DNA from: Bacillota bacterium
GTDB taxonomy: Bacteria > Bacillota_I > Bacilli_A > Izemoplasmatales > Hujiaoplasmataceae
Direction of reading: 5' to 3'
Assembly: GCA_018816905.1 (NCBI GenBank)
Contig: JAHIVB010000013.1
Location: 108,880 to 172,879 of the forward strand
DNA length: 64,000 nt
Within the stretch, counting starts at the first letter, position 1. Every line of letters starts with the position of its first letter. Position numbers and translations under genes: made by a program. A model generated the notes under the pieces. It saw only the letters and a list, made by a program, of their open reading frames with translations. It ran no database searches and was not told the DNA's origin. Of the stretch, positions 48,731 through 58,042 are shown one piece after another.

Positions 48731-49471
48731 TTGAAAAAACTACTTGATCAAGCGATGTTGCTTAAGAAAGAACAACCCCTATTCTTTTTCCTGACAGCTA
48801 CAAAATATGCGGTAAGTTTCTTGTTTTTCATTTCACTCTTAATTCCGTTTTACAGCGCTAGCGGCCTTGGAATCACCGTCAGATTCACACTCTTCAATAT
48901 GAACGCGTGGTTCATCTACTTCATCATTTTTTTAGGAATTGGAATTGCTTATCTTTTTTTGGTTTTAACCAATAAAAGAGGCTTGGCGAACAAGATATTT
49001 CTTGTCAACTTCATCTTGGCAGTTTTACTTATCTTGCTTTTCTTGCTTGCATTAGCATCAGACAAATCTCAAACACCAAGTTACGTTACTTTTAGCATCG
49101 GTCTTGGATTCTTCCTCGATTTAATCTTTATTGCAGCTATGGCAATTCTTCAATTCAAACCTTCGATTGCGGAGAAAGTACTTGTGAAATTGTTCAAGAT
49201 TAACCCAGTGGTTGCTGAAACAGTTGAAGTTCCGGCAGAACCTGTTGTTGAGCCTGTTGTTGAAGAACTTCCTAAAGAAGAACCCGCTCCTGCAGTAGAA
49301 CCCGAAAAAGCACCTGAAGTTGAAGAACCTGTTCCTGCAGTTGAATTAGAAAAAGCTCCCGAGGTTGAAGTTGCTACGGAACCAGAACCTGAAGCTGAAG
49401 TTGCTACGGAACCAGAACCTGAAGCTGAAGTTGCTGTCGAAGAGACTCCAGAAGAGAAAAAAACAGAATAA
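48731..49471 (+). CDS. membrane protein with C-terminal acidic Pro/Glu/Val-rich repeat tail
   Basis: The probable start is TTG at 48731, 7-8 nt after GGAGGA. The upstream track extension lacks an RBS. There are about 4 TM helices followed by (PEVE/EPEA)-rich low-complexity sequence. Confidence 0.5.
   Translation: MKKLLDQAMLLKKEQPLFFFLTATKYAVSFLFFISLLIPFYSASGLGITVRFTLFNMNAWFIYFIIFLGIGIAYLFLVLTNKRGLANKIFLVNFILAVLLILLFLLALASDKSQTPSYVTFSIGLGFFLDLIFIAAMAILQFKPSIAEKVLVKLFKINPVVAETVEVPAEPVVEPVVEELPKEEPAPAVEPEKAPEVEEPVPAVELEKAPEVEVATEPEPEAEVATEPEPEAEVAVEETPEEKKTE
49367..49426 (+). repeat. perfect 2 x 30-bp tandem repeat (GAAGTTGCTACGGAACCAGAACCTGAAGCT)
   Basis: Encodes EVATEPEPEA twice. Identity at the nucleotide level indicates a recent duplication. 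Confidence 0.85.
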
Positions 49472-49483
49472 CAAATGAAAAAT

Positions 49484-49520
49484 AAAACTGTGTTCTCAGT
49501 CTTCGAACACAGTTTTTTTT
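49484..49520. terminator. bidirectional intrinsic terminator
   Basis: Perfect hairpin CTGTGTTC-tcagtcttc-GAACACAG with A-run and T-run flanks. Sits between convergent genes. Confidence 0.8.
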
Positions 49521-49526
49521 ATGATA

Positions 49527-50372
49527 TTATACTCTTCTAGCAACGTATGCAAACAATTCAGGCCCTGTGTGAACTCCAAGCACAGGCGTGAGTTGCTGTA
49601 AGCAAACATTCCTGATGTTTAGAACGGTTTTTAGCTTGTTGCCTAAATCTTCTGCTGAAACTGGATCGTCTCCATAATGAACGATTAAATCAATCAAATC
49701 GTTTCCAAACTTTTCAATGAGGATGTTTTTCATCGAAATCAATGATCTTTGCAATCCAAACGCTTTTGATAAAGTGACGTAGACACCGTCCTCATTGACA
49801 GTGATGACCGGCTTGATGTGAAGAATGTTTCCGATGGTTCCTTCTACTTTTCCAATTCTTCCACCTTTTTTAAGATATTTAAGTGTATTAATGGTGTAAA
49901 AAGCAAACGAATCGTTGAATCTCATTTGATCAAGCAATGGAACAAATGTTTCAAAGTCAGTTCCCTTCTCAATCAATTCCAAAGCGTATTCAACAAGAAA
50001 GCCAAGACCTCCTCCAAGAGTTTTAGAATCGTAATGGATTACAGTCAGGTCCTTGACGTTTTGGAGCGCAAGTCTAAATGAATTGAATGTTCCACTAAGT
50101 CCTGATGAAATGTTGATAACGATTAAATGAGTAAATCCTTTTTTCTTGATGTTTTTCAAAACATCTTCAATGTCGCTAGCGATTGGTAGACTTGTCAAAA
50201 TCGTATGTGTGTCTAATTTCTCATAAACTTCTTGAGCCGAAATCTCAACTTGATCACGGAAACTGTCGTCATCGATATTGATGACAAGGGGAACCGAAAA
50301 CAAATTTGGATGTTTTGCGATAAACTCTTTGCTGATGTTTGATGCTGAATCAGTCAATACTGCTATTTTCAT
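49527..50372 (-). CDS. DegV-family fatty-acid-binding protein
   Basis: MKIAVLTDSASNIS N-terminus and the DegV fold pattern; 281 aa. Confidence 0.85.
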   Translation of the reverse strand: MKIAVLTDSASNISKEFIAKHPNLFSVPLVINIDDDSFRDQVEISAQEVYEKLDTHTILTSLPIASDIEDVLKNIKKKGFTHLIVINISSGLSGTFNSFRLALQNVKDLTVIHYDSKTLGGGLGFLVEYALELIEKGTDFETFVPLLDQMRFNDSFAFYTINTLKYLKKGGRIGKVEGTIGNILHIKPVITVNEDGVYVTLSKAFGLQRSLISMKNILIEKFGNDLIDLIVHYGDDPVSAEDLGNKLKTVLNIRNVCLQQLTPVLGVHTGPELFAYVARRV

Positions 50373-50602
50373 AATTTTAATCTCCTATTTCTTTTCTTTT
50401 TTTAATTTTCATGGTTTTTCAAAAGTACTCTGCCACATATAGTAGTTTACCAAAAAGTACTATGTCTGTCAATGTAATTGAAATGATTTTTTTGTGATGT
50501 TTTGTTTTAATGAAATTTAGGCCATTAAATCTATTTTTTGATTCTATCAGTAATCAAATATGTCGAATGGTCTCTTAATGTAGAATCCATTGAAATTCAA
50601 TT

Positions 50603-50629
50603 AAAAAAACCGGAATTTTCCGGTTTTTA
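50603..50629. terminator. intrinsic terminator AAAAACCGGAAttTTCCGGTTTTT
   Basis: Perfect 6-bp GC-containing stem with A and T flanks, downstream of the 50681..51055 gene. Confidence 0.7.
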
Positions 50630-50680
50630 TCGACTATATCAATTATCATTTGATGTTCTTCTTATTCTACTATTCGTTTG

Positions 50681-51055
50681 TTACTTTGGATCTTCCGGAA
50701 TGACTTCCTCCCAGAGAGCAATAAACACCATGACGTTTCTTTCTCCGCACCAGTAATGTCCTGATACAATCACATCAAATTCTACAGGGTTCGTTTCAAT
50801 GGTTTGTTCACTCCACCCTAAAAATGCAAATCCTTCTTTCGATGGATTGGCTACTTCATCTTGGGTAATCATCTCTCCGTTTTTTTTAGATAATACAAGA
50901 TAAGGATTATTTGAATCCAATCCTGGCGTTGCCGTATCTTCATCTAGGTAGAAGTAACAAAATACTGTGGGATTTTGAACACAAGAGGTAGGGAAAGCAA
51001 CGACGTCGAGAATGACAAAAAAGAATAAAAAAATCTTTAGTCCTATAAGTTTCAT
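50681..51055 (-). CDS. small secreted protein with a single Listeria-Bacteroides (Flg_new)-like repeat motif
   Basis: Signal peptide MKLIGLKIFLFFFVILDVVAF; the motif EGFAFLGWSE resembles the GYxFxGW repeat core. Confidence 0.45.
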   Translation of the reverse strand: MKLIGLKIFLFFFVILDVVAFPTSCVQNPTVFCYFYLDEDTATPGLDSNNPYLVLSKKNGEMITQDEVANPSKEGFAFLGWSEQTIETNPVEFDVIVSGHYWCGERNVMVFIALWEEVIPEDPK

Positions 51056-51122
51056 CCGTATTCTCCTTCATATTGAATCTATAATAATGGATTTCTAAAC
51101 AGAATCCTTCACAAAACTAGGA

Positions 51123-52031
51123 TTATTTCACCAAATAGATACCTATAATCGTTGAAAGAATAATCGCAACATAATAATACACGGGTCTCTTTTTGACATA
51201 AACATAACATAACGCCAATATTGGAAGTAAATAGGAAAGGAATACGCCTTGAAAATGTGGGTAATTTTCCATCCCGATTTGAGAACTTCCTGCAATCCAG
51301 ATGACTATCGAAGGAATCAAGATTCCGGCTTTTAGTGGCGTGAGAATCTTTTTTCTTTCATTGACTAAAAACAAAAATGTGATCATCAAAGAGTATGTTA
51401 GGGAAATGATCCAGTCAGGAACCGGAGAATGGATCTCTCTTAGTAACAAATCAATCAGTGCAAAGAAAACATATGCTAACCCAAAAAAGACTAAACCTGA
51501 AAATACGACAACAATCATATTTCCAACTGCTGAATCAAAGAATTTTTTGGAAGATGATTTTGAGTCGATTGAATCCGTGATTTCTTTCTTTTCTTTGGCT
51601 GGAACGACGCTGTCGATAGTACTCCTTTTTCTTGCATACATGAACTCGAAAGCCAGAGAATATAAAGTCAAAATGACTGCGATTGCAACTGCAAATACCA
51701 TCATAGGAGTTAAATAGTCTTCACAAAAACCATCTTCAGGACAAGGTAAATAACCTTTTTGAATAATCCATATGACAAACAAAAATATCGATATTGCAAT
51801 AAATGGAAAGGAAGGGATGAAACTAATCCAGGTTCCTCTTTTTTTTACCTGTAATCTACCCCCAAAACAGATGCCAATGAAAACAAAATAACCAAGAATG
51901 TAAAGGCTGAAAGAATCAAATGCCATCCGATATCCGAATATTGATCTAAAAAAAACTAAAAATGTAAGAAACAGAATGATACCGGTAATTAAAATAAAGG
52001 TTCTTCTACTGTTCATTTCATCCTCCATCAC
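51123..52031 (-). CDS. polytopic integral membrane protein of unknown function
   Basis: 302 aa with about 8 predicted TM segments and no recognisable motifs. Confidence 0.5.
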   Translation of the reverse strand: MMEDEMNSRRTFILITGIILFLTFLVFFRSIFGYRMAFDSFSLYILGYFVFIGICFGGRLQVKKRGTWISFIPSFPFIAISIFLFVIWIIQKGYLPCPEDGFCEDYLTPMMVFAVAIAVILTLYSLAFEFMYARKRSTIDSVVPAKEKKEITDSIDSKSSSKKFFDSAVGNMIVVVFSGLVFFGLAYVFFALIDLLLREIHSPVPDWIISLTYSLMITFLFLVNERKKILTPLKAGILIPSIVIWIAGSSQIGMENYPHFQGVFLSYLLPILALCYVYVKKRPVYYYVAIILSTIIGIYLVK

Positions 52032-52089
52032 TCATTATTTGCATGTCTCTAATCTCTGGATGCTTATTCACATAAGCAAAAAGAACACT

Positions 52090-52605
52090 TTAAGAAACCC
52101 AAACGGTGTTCGTGGATATAACCCAGGCTCCATTTGAATAAACGGCAGTGAAAGTTGACCCGAATGCAGAGAGATTTCCTTTCCACATCGACAATTCGGT
52201 TACCAATCTGTTTTCCTCGACAGAAACCGGAGTGATCTCGAATAACACGCCATTTGAAAATCCTAAAGGCATTGGTATTTCGTTCATCGAGTCAGAAAAT
52301 TCAATATACCCTAGTTCTATCAAATCAGCCATTGTCGCTTCTAAGTACGTATACCCTTCTTCTTCCGTAAATTCCTTCACAAGATCTTTAAGGGTATCAA
52401 GTCCTTCAAAATCAAGATTCGAGAAATCGAAGGCAAGGATCGTGCTACTTGAGGTTATCGAAGGATAAGATAGATATAAAGATTTAATTGATTCAAAATA
52501 GCCAGAAGAAACCGCATCCGGCTCCGTGGTAATCTTATGGTTGGTACATCCGACTAGAAAAGCTAATGAAATAAGAGAAAAAAGAATCAACGAACGTTTC
52601 AACAT
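52090..52605 (-). CDS. lipoprotein of unknown function
   Basis: Signal peptide with lipobox LVGC (MLKRSLILFSLISLAFLVGC). Confidence 0.55.
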   Translation of the reverse strand: MLKRSLILFSLISLAFLVGCTNHKITTEPDAVSSGYFESIKSLYLSYPSITSSSTILAFDFSNLDFEGLDTLKDLVKEFTEEEGYTYLEATMADLIELGYIEFSDSMNEIPMPLGFSNGVLFEITPVSVEENRLVTELSMWKGNLSAFGSTFTAVYSNGAWVISTNTVWVS

Positions 52606-52688
52606 AAATTACTCCTAAAATATGTGTATACTCAAATTTACTAATCATATTTTATCACATTATTTTGACAAAGGTGTGACAATTTCTT

Positions 52689-52724
52689 AAAAAAAAGTTT
52701 ATTCCGTGATGAAATAAACTTTTA
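52689..52724 (-). terminator. intrinsic terminator after nox/cdr gene
   Basis: AAGTTTATT-ccgtgatg-AAATAAACTT followed on the minus strand by T8. Confidence 0.75.
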
Positions 52725-52749
52725 GAATCATGAAATCTACTTGAATCAA

Positions 52750-54081
52750 TTAATCGATCTTAATCTGGTTCGTTGCCACTTGCAAAGGATCCCATACCGT
52801 TGAAAACGGTGGTGAATATGCCAAATCAAGCTGCGAAAACTCTTTTGCGGTCAAACCTTGAGTAATGGCTAAAGCGATGATGTTGATACGATCGGAAACC
52901 CCTTTTTCCCCAACCATTTGAGCCCCTCGTAAAATTCCTGTCAGTGGTTCGTAAACCACCCTAATGAAAATCTCTTTCGCACCGGGATAATAGCCGGATT
53001 GATTCTTTGAAGTCACATCGACGAATTCGTATCCCAAATCAAGTTTTCTTGCTTCATCCATACCAATTCCAGTTTTTGCAAATGTTAAATTGACGACTTT
53101 TAAAACATTTGAACCGATGACACCTGCGAATGAAGTGGGGTTTCCAGCGATGTTTTCCGCCACAATCTTTCCAGATTTATTCGCATGAGTTCCCAAAGGC
53201 AAAAACACATTTTCTTTTTTTAAGAGATGATAATAGGCGGCACAATCGCCTGCAGCATAAATATCTTTAATTGACGTTTCCATATAATCGTTGACGACGA
53301 TGGCCCCATTACGTAACATATTCAACCCTGTGTTTTGTAAAAACTCCGTATTGGGTTTGACACCGATGCTTTCAATTACTAGATCCACATCAACCTCTAG
53401 ATTCTCAGTTAGAACTTTCGTTGAAAGTCCGTTTAACTCGTAATATTTCACTCTTTCATTAACCAAAACCTGAACTCCGACTTCTTTCAAAGCTTCTTCT
53501 GCCTTTTTAGCGACATCCAAATCAAATGTTGGTAACAGCTGAGGCATTTGTTCAATCAAAACTACTTTTAAACCCCGATGAGCCAAGTTTTCAGCTACTT
53601 CAACACCAATATAACCCCCACCTACAATACAAACGCTTTGAACGTCTTCTAGCGCGTATTTAAGTTCTCTTGCATCACTTAATTGGTTGAGAACATAGAC
53701 CTTGACGATATCGCTTCCTGGAACATTGGTTCTAATCGCTTTCGTCCCTGTTGCGATGACTAATTTATCATAAGTATCCGAAACGGTTTCATTGGTGGTT
53801 TTATTGATAGCTCTGATGGTTTTCCGATCAGGAATCACTTCAATGACTTCATGATGAACAAATACTTGAATGTTCTCTCGTTCGAAATCATCTTTTGTTC
53901 TTGCGACTAATCTATCGATATCCGTGATGACATCTCCGAGGTAATAAGGCATTCCGCAACCGCCATAACTAAGATCCATGCCTTTTTCATAGACATGGAT
54001 GGTTGCTTCTCTATCTAAACGTCTTAATTTCGCAGCCGCAGACATTCCAGCTGCAACTCCTCCGATGATGATGGTTTTCAT
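52750..54081 (-). CDS. NADH oxidase / CoA-disulfide reductase-type FAD-dependent pyridine nucleotide-disulfide oxidoreductase
   Basis: Single redox-active Cys motif SYGGCGMPY near the N-terminus. FAD and NAD Rossmann motifs GGVAAG and GGGYIGVE are present. 443 aa. Confidence 0.8.
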   Translation of the reverse strand: MKTIIIGGVAAGMSAAAKLRRLDREATIHVYEKGMDLSYGGCGMPYYLGDVITDIDRLVARTKDDFERENIQVFVHHEVIEVIPDRKTIRAINKTTNETVSDTYDKLVIATGTKAIRTNVPGSDIVKVYVLNQLSDARELKYALEDVQSVCIVGGGYIGVEVAENLAHRGLKVVLIEQMPQLLPTFDLDVAKKAEEALKEVGVQVLVNERVKYYELNGLSTKVLTENLEVDVDLVIESIGVKPNTEFLQNTGLNMLRNGAIVVNDYMETSIKDIYAAGDCAAYYHLLKKENVFLPLGTHANKSGKIVAENIAGNPTSFAGVIGSNVLKVVNLTFAKTGIGMDEARKLDLGYEFVDVTSKNQSGYYPGAKEIFIRVVYEPLTGILRGAQMVGEKGVSDRINIIALAITQGLTAKEFSQLDLAYSPPFSTVWDPLQVATNQIKID

Positions 54082-54200
54082 GTTTTATATCCTCCTAAAA
54101 ATAGTACTTTGAAAATCGCATAAAATCTATGATTCTTCAAATATTATTATAACACCTCAAAGAACAAACCAAAAGGTGAATGCTGAATGAAAATACAAAT

Positions 54201-54230
54201 GGCGCTCTTTCTCATAGAAAAAGAACGCCC
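54201..54230 (-). terminator. imperfect hairpin terminator after small basic ORF
   Basis: GGGCGTTCTTTTTCT-atg-AGAAAGAGCGCC on the minus strand, followed by a U-rich stretch. Confidence 0.4.
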
Positions 54231-54251
54231 TGATTGAAGTATGTGAAAAGA

Positions 54252-54404
54252 TTATGAATATGTTTTTTTGTTTTTTGAATTGCTTGTGGTTGGTGTTGCG
54301 GTCGGACTACCAGCAATTTGAGGAGTCTTAATTTTCGGGTTATTTTTGTCAGCTTTTTTCTTTTTATTGCTCTTGTCGTTGTGCTTCTTGTCGTTTTTAT
54401 CCAC
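54252..54404 (-). CDS. unannotated 50-aa lysine-rich, highly basic, low-complexity small protein
   Basis: GTG start at 54404, 7 nt after a strong RBS AAGAGGAGG. Translation is MDKNDKKHNDKSNKKKKADKNNPKIKTPQIAGSPTATPTTSNSKNKKTYS. It is missing from the ORF track because it is under 60 aa. Confidence 0.45.
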   Translation of the reverse strand: MDKNDKKHNDKSNKKKKADKNNPKIKTPQIAGSPTATPTTSNSKNKKTYS

Positions 54405-54647
54405 TTCGGTTCCTCCTCTTAATTGATTGAATGGGTGATGGAAAATGAGTAGCGATTTCAGTGTGACCTCACTACAAGTTATATTATATATCGTTTTGGA
54501 TTAAGTGGTATTGAAATTGAGAAAATAATTCATAAATCTGTTCAAAAGAGGATATTATTCATTAAACCTAATAAGTTGGGTTAATCGTGATAATGGAGAT
54601 ACTACTATACTATTATATCAAAAGAAAAAAGGATAACAGTAGAATAC

Positions 54648-56024
54648 CTAAGCAGGATTTACAGAAATTTTGCTTGCATATGAACTCCAAATATACGCGA
54701 TATCGTATGCATTCTTTGTTTCTAAATCAGGCACATAAATGGCTAAATATGATTTGGTATTGGTAAACATAAATAATCCACCAGTGATAACGCCTTGCGA
54801 ACTGGTCTTATCAATGATGATTGTACTCAAACTAGTACAATCATAAAACGCTCCATATCCTATATACTCGATATTAGAAGGAATCGTAATCGTTTGAAGA
54901 CTACTACATTGATTAAATACATAGGCATCTATTCCAGTCAATCCTGAACCGATTGTCACCTCAAGAAGACCAACACAATTACGAAACGCATAGAGCTCAA
55001 TCGTAGTGACTTGGTCAGGAATTATGATACTTGTTAATTCCCAACAATTATAAAATGCATGGGTTTTAATGATTGTAACCTGATTTCCAATTGTTACATT
55101 TGTCAGATACATACTTTTCGTAAACGCGTATGGTTCAATAGATAAAACGTTGTTGTTGATGATATAGCTTGTATCTGATTTTGCAGAGGGATAAGTTATC
55201 AATAACTCTTCTGAAATACTAAAAAGAACACCCTCGATGGACTTATAAAAAAGATTATTAGAATCCACATTGATGGCTTCTAGTTTTGAACATCCCATGA
55301 ATAGTGCAGTCCCAACTTCTGTAATATACTGTGAAATCGTATACTCTGTTAATTCTTCACATCCCATAAATGCATAAATTCCGATTGAATTGATATTGGG
55401 TGAATATACAATTTCTGTTACACTGTAGCAACCACCGAATCCATAATCAGCAATTTTCGTTACTGGCTTACCTTCATGATATTTTGGAATTTGAATGGAT
55501 AACAAATCTTCCGCATCCTGAAGGCTAACTTCATATTCCAAATCATCATTGATTAGAGTAAATACAAGATCTTCGGTTGCCCAATCTGCATATAATACCA
55601 TGTCATTTGATGGCATCAGATCAAACTCATAAAGGTCGACTGATTCAATATCCAGATACCAACCAGAAAACACATATCCTTCTCTTGTTGGACTAGCTGG
55701 TTCTACAATTACCGTAGATTCTGCTTGCACAATTGGTTCAACTTGAGTTCCACCATTTGACTCAAAAGATATCGTATGGATTGCACTTGTAGTTGTAGTA
55801 GTCGTAGCTGGTAATGTAGTAATCGGTTGAGTCGTTGTTGTATCCGTCGTGTTTGTTATTGAAGTTGTGGATATCGATGTTGTATCAGTAACAGTGGTAG
55901 GTTGTGTCGTTTCGGTCGTTTCTAAAGTCGTAACTGATTCTGATGTTGTTTTTGAAAATAAATCGCATCCGTTGAGAAACAATACAAAACATGAAATAAT
56001 TATCAAAAATAATGCTTTTTTCAT
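54648..56024 (-). CDS. surface lipoprotein with Flg_new (Listeria-Bacteroides) repeat and BspA-type leucine-rich repeats
   Basis: Start is MKKALFLII (RBS GGAGGA 7 nt upstream), with a Cys lipobox and a Thr-rich linker. The Flg_new motif is EGYVFSGWYLD...W. BspA-like LRR units YAFRNC..L..VTIG and IGYGAFYDCTSLSTI recur. Confidence 0.75.
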   Translation of the reverse strand: MKKALFLIIISCFVLFLNGCDLFSKTTSESVTTLETTETTQPTTVTDTTSISTTSITNTTDTTTTQPITTLPATTTTTTSAIHTISFESNGGTQVEPIVQAESTVIVEPASPTREGYVFSGWYLDIESVDLYEFDLMPSNDMVLYADWATEDLVFTLINDDLEYEVSLQDAEDLLSIQIPKYHEGKPVTKIADYGFGGCYSVTEIVYSPNINSIGIYAFMGCEELTEYTISQYITEVGTALFMGCSKLEAINVDSNNLFYKSIEGVLFSISEELLITYPSAKSDTSYIINNNVLSIEPYAFTKSMYLTNVTIGNQVTIIKTHAFYNCWELTSIIIPDQVTTIELYAFRNCVGLLEVTIGSGLTGIDAYVFNQCSSLQTITIPSNIEYIGYGAFYDCTSLSTIIIDKTSSQGVITGGLFMFTNTKSYLAIYVPDLETKNAYDIAYIWSSYASKISVNPA

Positions 56025-56579
56025 AACAAAATCCTCCAATTAAGTAGTATTAAATAATATCAAATCGATTTTTATAAAACGAAATCACTCAATCATTAAA
56101 AATATTGAAAAAACCGAACTTACTGCTCTGTTACGAAATAGCAGGAAACAACCCCCCTTTATGCAAAACAAAGAGGATACTTACATTATCATAATTAAAT
56201 ATATTATATCAAATGTTTATCTTGTTGTATAGGAGCTATTAAGTATTTATTTGATACTGTTTATTATTCTATATTCGACAAAACTTAAGCAACCTAAATT
56301 CCAAGACATTGTATTTGTATTAAAGTAATTAACGTATACTTCAATAGCTGCCCAAGGGTCTTTGAAGTCATGAATTCTTAAATTCTCATTTTTATAATCT
56401 GCTTTTATCCCCCGTAAGTCTCTGATGCATGACTACTTGATTTTCCTTTATTACCTGCTCTTCACAAATCTTCATTTTCTGATTTAGGGTTAATCTCACA
56501 ATTAAAAATAGCTCCCTTTATCAGAGAGGTATTTTGTGTATACCATTTCTCCAACTTATGAGAGCAATTTCATTGTGAT

Positions 56580-56740
56580 ATGTCTTGTCATTACCAAGTT
56601 TATCTTGTTTTGCATCATAAAAATAGCTTGTTTTACTCTGGCGTTGTACCAAGTTTTCTTTCTGTGCAATAGAAGCTTTCAACTTGAAGCACAATCGCAC
56701 AAAATGCAAAAATTCTTCATGACAAGTTATTATCAATATA
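56580..56740. repeat. dispersed repeat, D-type copy 1
   Basis: TGTCTTGTCATTACCAAGTTTATC...AAAAATAG...ACCAAGTTT.CTTTCTGTGCA.TAGAAGCTT...AAGCACAATCGCA. About 75% identical to the copies at 57706 and 63668. Confidence 0.7.
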
Positions 56741-56827
56741 TTTATTTAAATCTGTTTTTATAACCCTTTTCTATTCATACTAACAACAAGTACTCACTAT
56801 TAAAATTCCATACCAATCCAATAGATA

Positions 56828-57613
56828 TTAATCCATTTTTTGACATAAAAACATCAATATATCATTTTTCGTGAAATCCTTATTACCTACCGTATCTGAA
56901 TAATAATCCACTATTCTAAATCCCTGTTTATTCATATAAGTTTGCATTTCTTTATAATTATAATGTTGATCCCAGTTATAAAGTTCTATCGTTCTTATAC
57001 CTACTGCTTTATCATATGAAAGAGAAATTTTTCTATCAGTAAATTTAATCAATCGTGATTCAACAACTGCATTTCCGGGCAAAAAAAAGCCGTCTTTATC
57101 TTCATATCTAACTGATGACTCTTCTAATGAATCAAAACGTTTATCGGAAAAGACATCAAAGATGAAAAAACCATTTGGATTTAACACTTTTTTAAGATTA
57201 TTTAGAAACTGTTTTCTATCGTTAGGTGATAATGCTCCAAAATCACAATAAATCATCATGGCATTATCTATTTTCTGCGGAAGAGTTTCAGATACATAGT
57301 TCATATTTAAATAAATTACATTAGAATTTTGTTTTCTAGCATATTCTAACGAATTCTCAGATATATCCACACCGATAACTTGATATCCCATTTGCTGTAA
57401 ATAATTTCCATACAAGCCAGGTCCGCACCCAAAATCGCAGATTGTAGACCCTCTCGTAAATGTATTTAGGAGAAATTTGCAACTCTCTTTTATTGTATCT
57501 AATTTCCTTGATGCAATATCACTTTCGAAATTAAGATGATATTTTAACATCTGCTTGGAAATATATGGATCAGTCCACATATCAATTGTTGTAATTTTTC
57601 CATAGGGTTTCAT
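56828..57613 (-). CDS. class I SAM-dependent methyltransferase (small-molecule/protein type, not DNA MTase)
   Basis: Motif I DFGCGPGLYG. No DPPY/NPPY or C5-methyltransferase motifs. RBS AAGGAG 8 nt upstream. Confidence 0.75.
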   Translation of the reverse strand: MKPYGKITTIDMWTDPYISKQMLKYHLNFESDIASRKLDTIKESCKFLLNTFTRGSTICDFGCGPGLYGNYLQQMGYQVIGVDISENSLEYARKQNSNVIYLNMNYVSETLPQKIDNAMMIYCDFGALSPNDRKQFLNNLKKVLNPNGFFIFDVFSDKRFDSLEESSVRYEDKDGFFLPGNAVVESRLIKFTDRKISLSYDKAVGIRTIELYNWDQHYNYKEMQTYMNKQGFRIVDYYSDTVGNKDFTKNDILMFLCQKMD

Positions 57614-57705
57614 TAAGATATCTCCTTATGCATCATGCGGTGAATTTTTATTGTTTTTGTGCCCAATTCTCATCAATAGTAATTTGAAACTCAGATGCAA
57701 GAAGT

Positions 57706-57840
57706 GTCCTGCTATTACAAAGTTTATCATATTTTTCACTAAATAAATAGTGTATTTTCTCTGGAGTTATTTCAAGTTTACTTTCTGTGTACTAGAAGAT
57801 TACATCTATTAGAATAATCGTTTCAAAATGTGATTTACCT
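57706..57840. repeat. dispersed repeat, D-type copy 2
   Basis: TGTCCTGCTATTACAAAGTTTATC...AAATAAATAG...TTTCAAGTTTACTTTCTGTGTACTAGAAG. Confidence 0.65.
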
Positions 57841-57892
57841 CTTAACAGAAATTATTGTGTTTCATCCCCTATTTTGATGCAATTACGTACCC

Positions 57893-57995
57893 CTGATATG
57901 ATTTCACAAACCACTGCTAAAAGTTGCGAACCTCTGCTATTTCTTTGCATATGATATCACAACCCACTGTTCAAAAACCATACCAAGCCAATATA
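57893..57995. repeat. A-type repeat: degenerate half-copy plus solo IS3 left-end fragment
   Basis: GCATATGATATCACAACCCACTGTTCAAAAACCATACCAAGCCAAT matches the IS3 left terminus (63271-63315) at about 90%. It is preceded by a degenerate partial duplicate, TGATATGATTTCACAAACCACTGCTAAAAG. Confidence 0.7.
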
Positions 57996-58042
57996 AGGTA
58001 TGCATTTATTAAATGTGCATACTTTTTTTGTAATCTTGTTTT

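Noticed and set aside
51301-51717. 138-aa plus-strand ORF inside the 8-TM membrane protein gene, plus many 60-120-aa antisense ORFs elsewhere (e.g. 287-511, 42202-42549, 38372-38731, 19560-19844)
   Set aside because: All are nested within longer, motif-supported genes on the opposite strand. They are interpreted as spurious.
56521-56763. Overlapping 71-aa and 75-aa ORFs on both strands
   Set aside because: They coincide exactly with dispersed repeat D-type copy 1. The reading frames are not conserved between repeat copies.
56828-57613. Methyltransferase as part of a restriction-modification or BREX-like defence system
   Set aside because: Motifs are those of small-molecule/protein class I methyltransferases (DFGCGPG). 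There are no DPPY/NPPY or C5-cytosine motifs and no nuclease/ATPase partner nearby.
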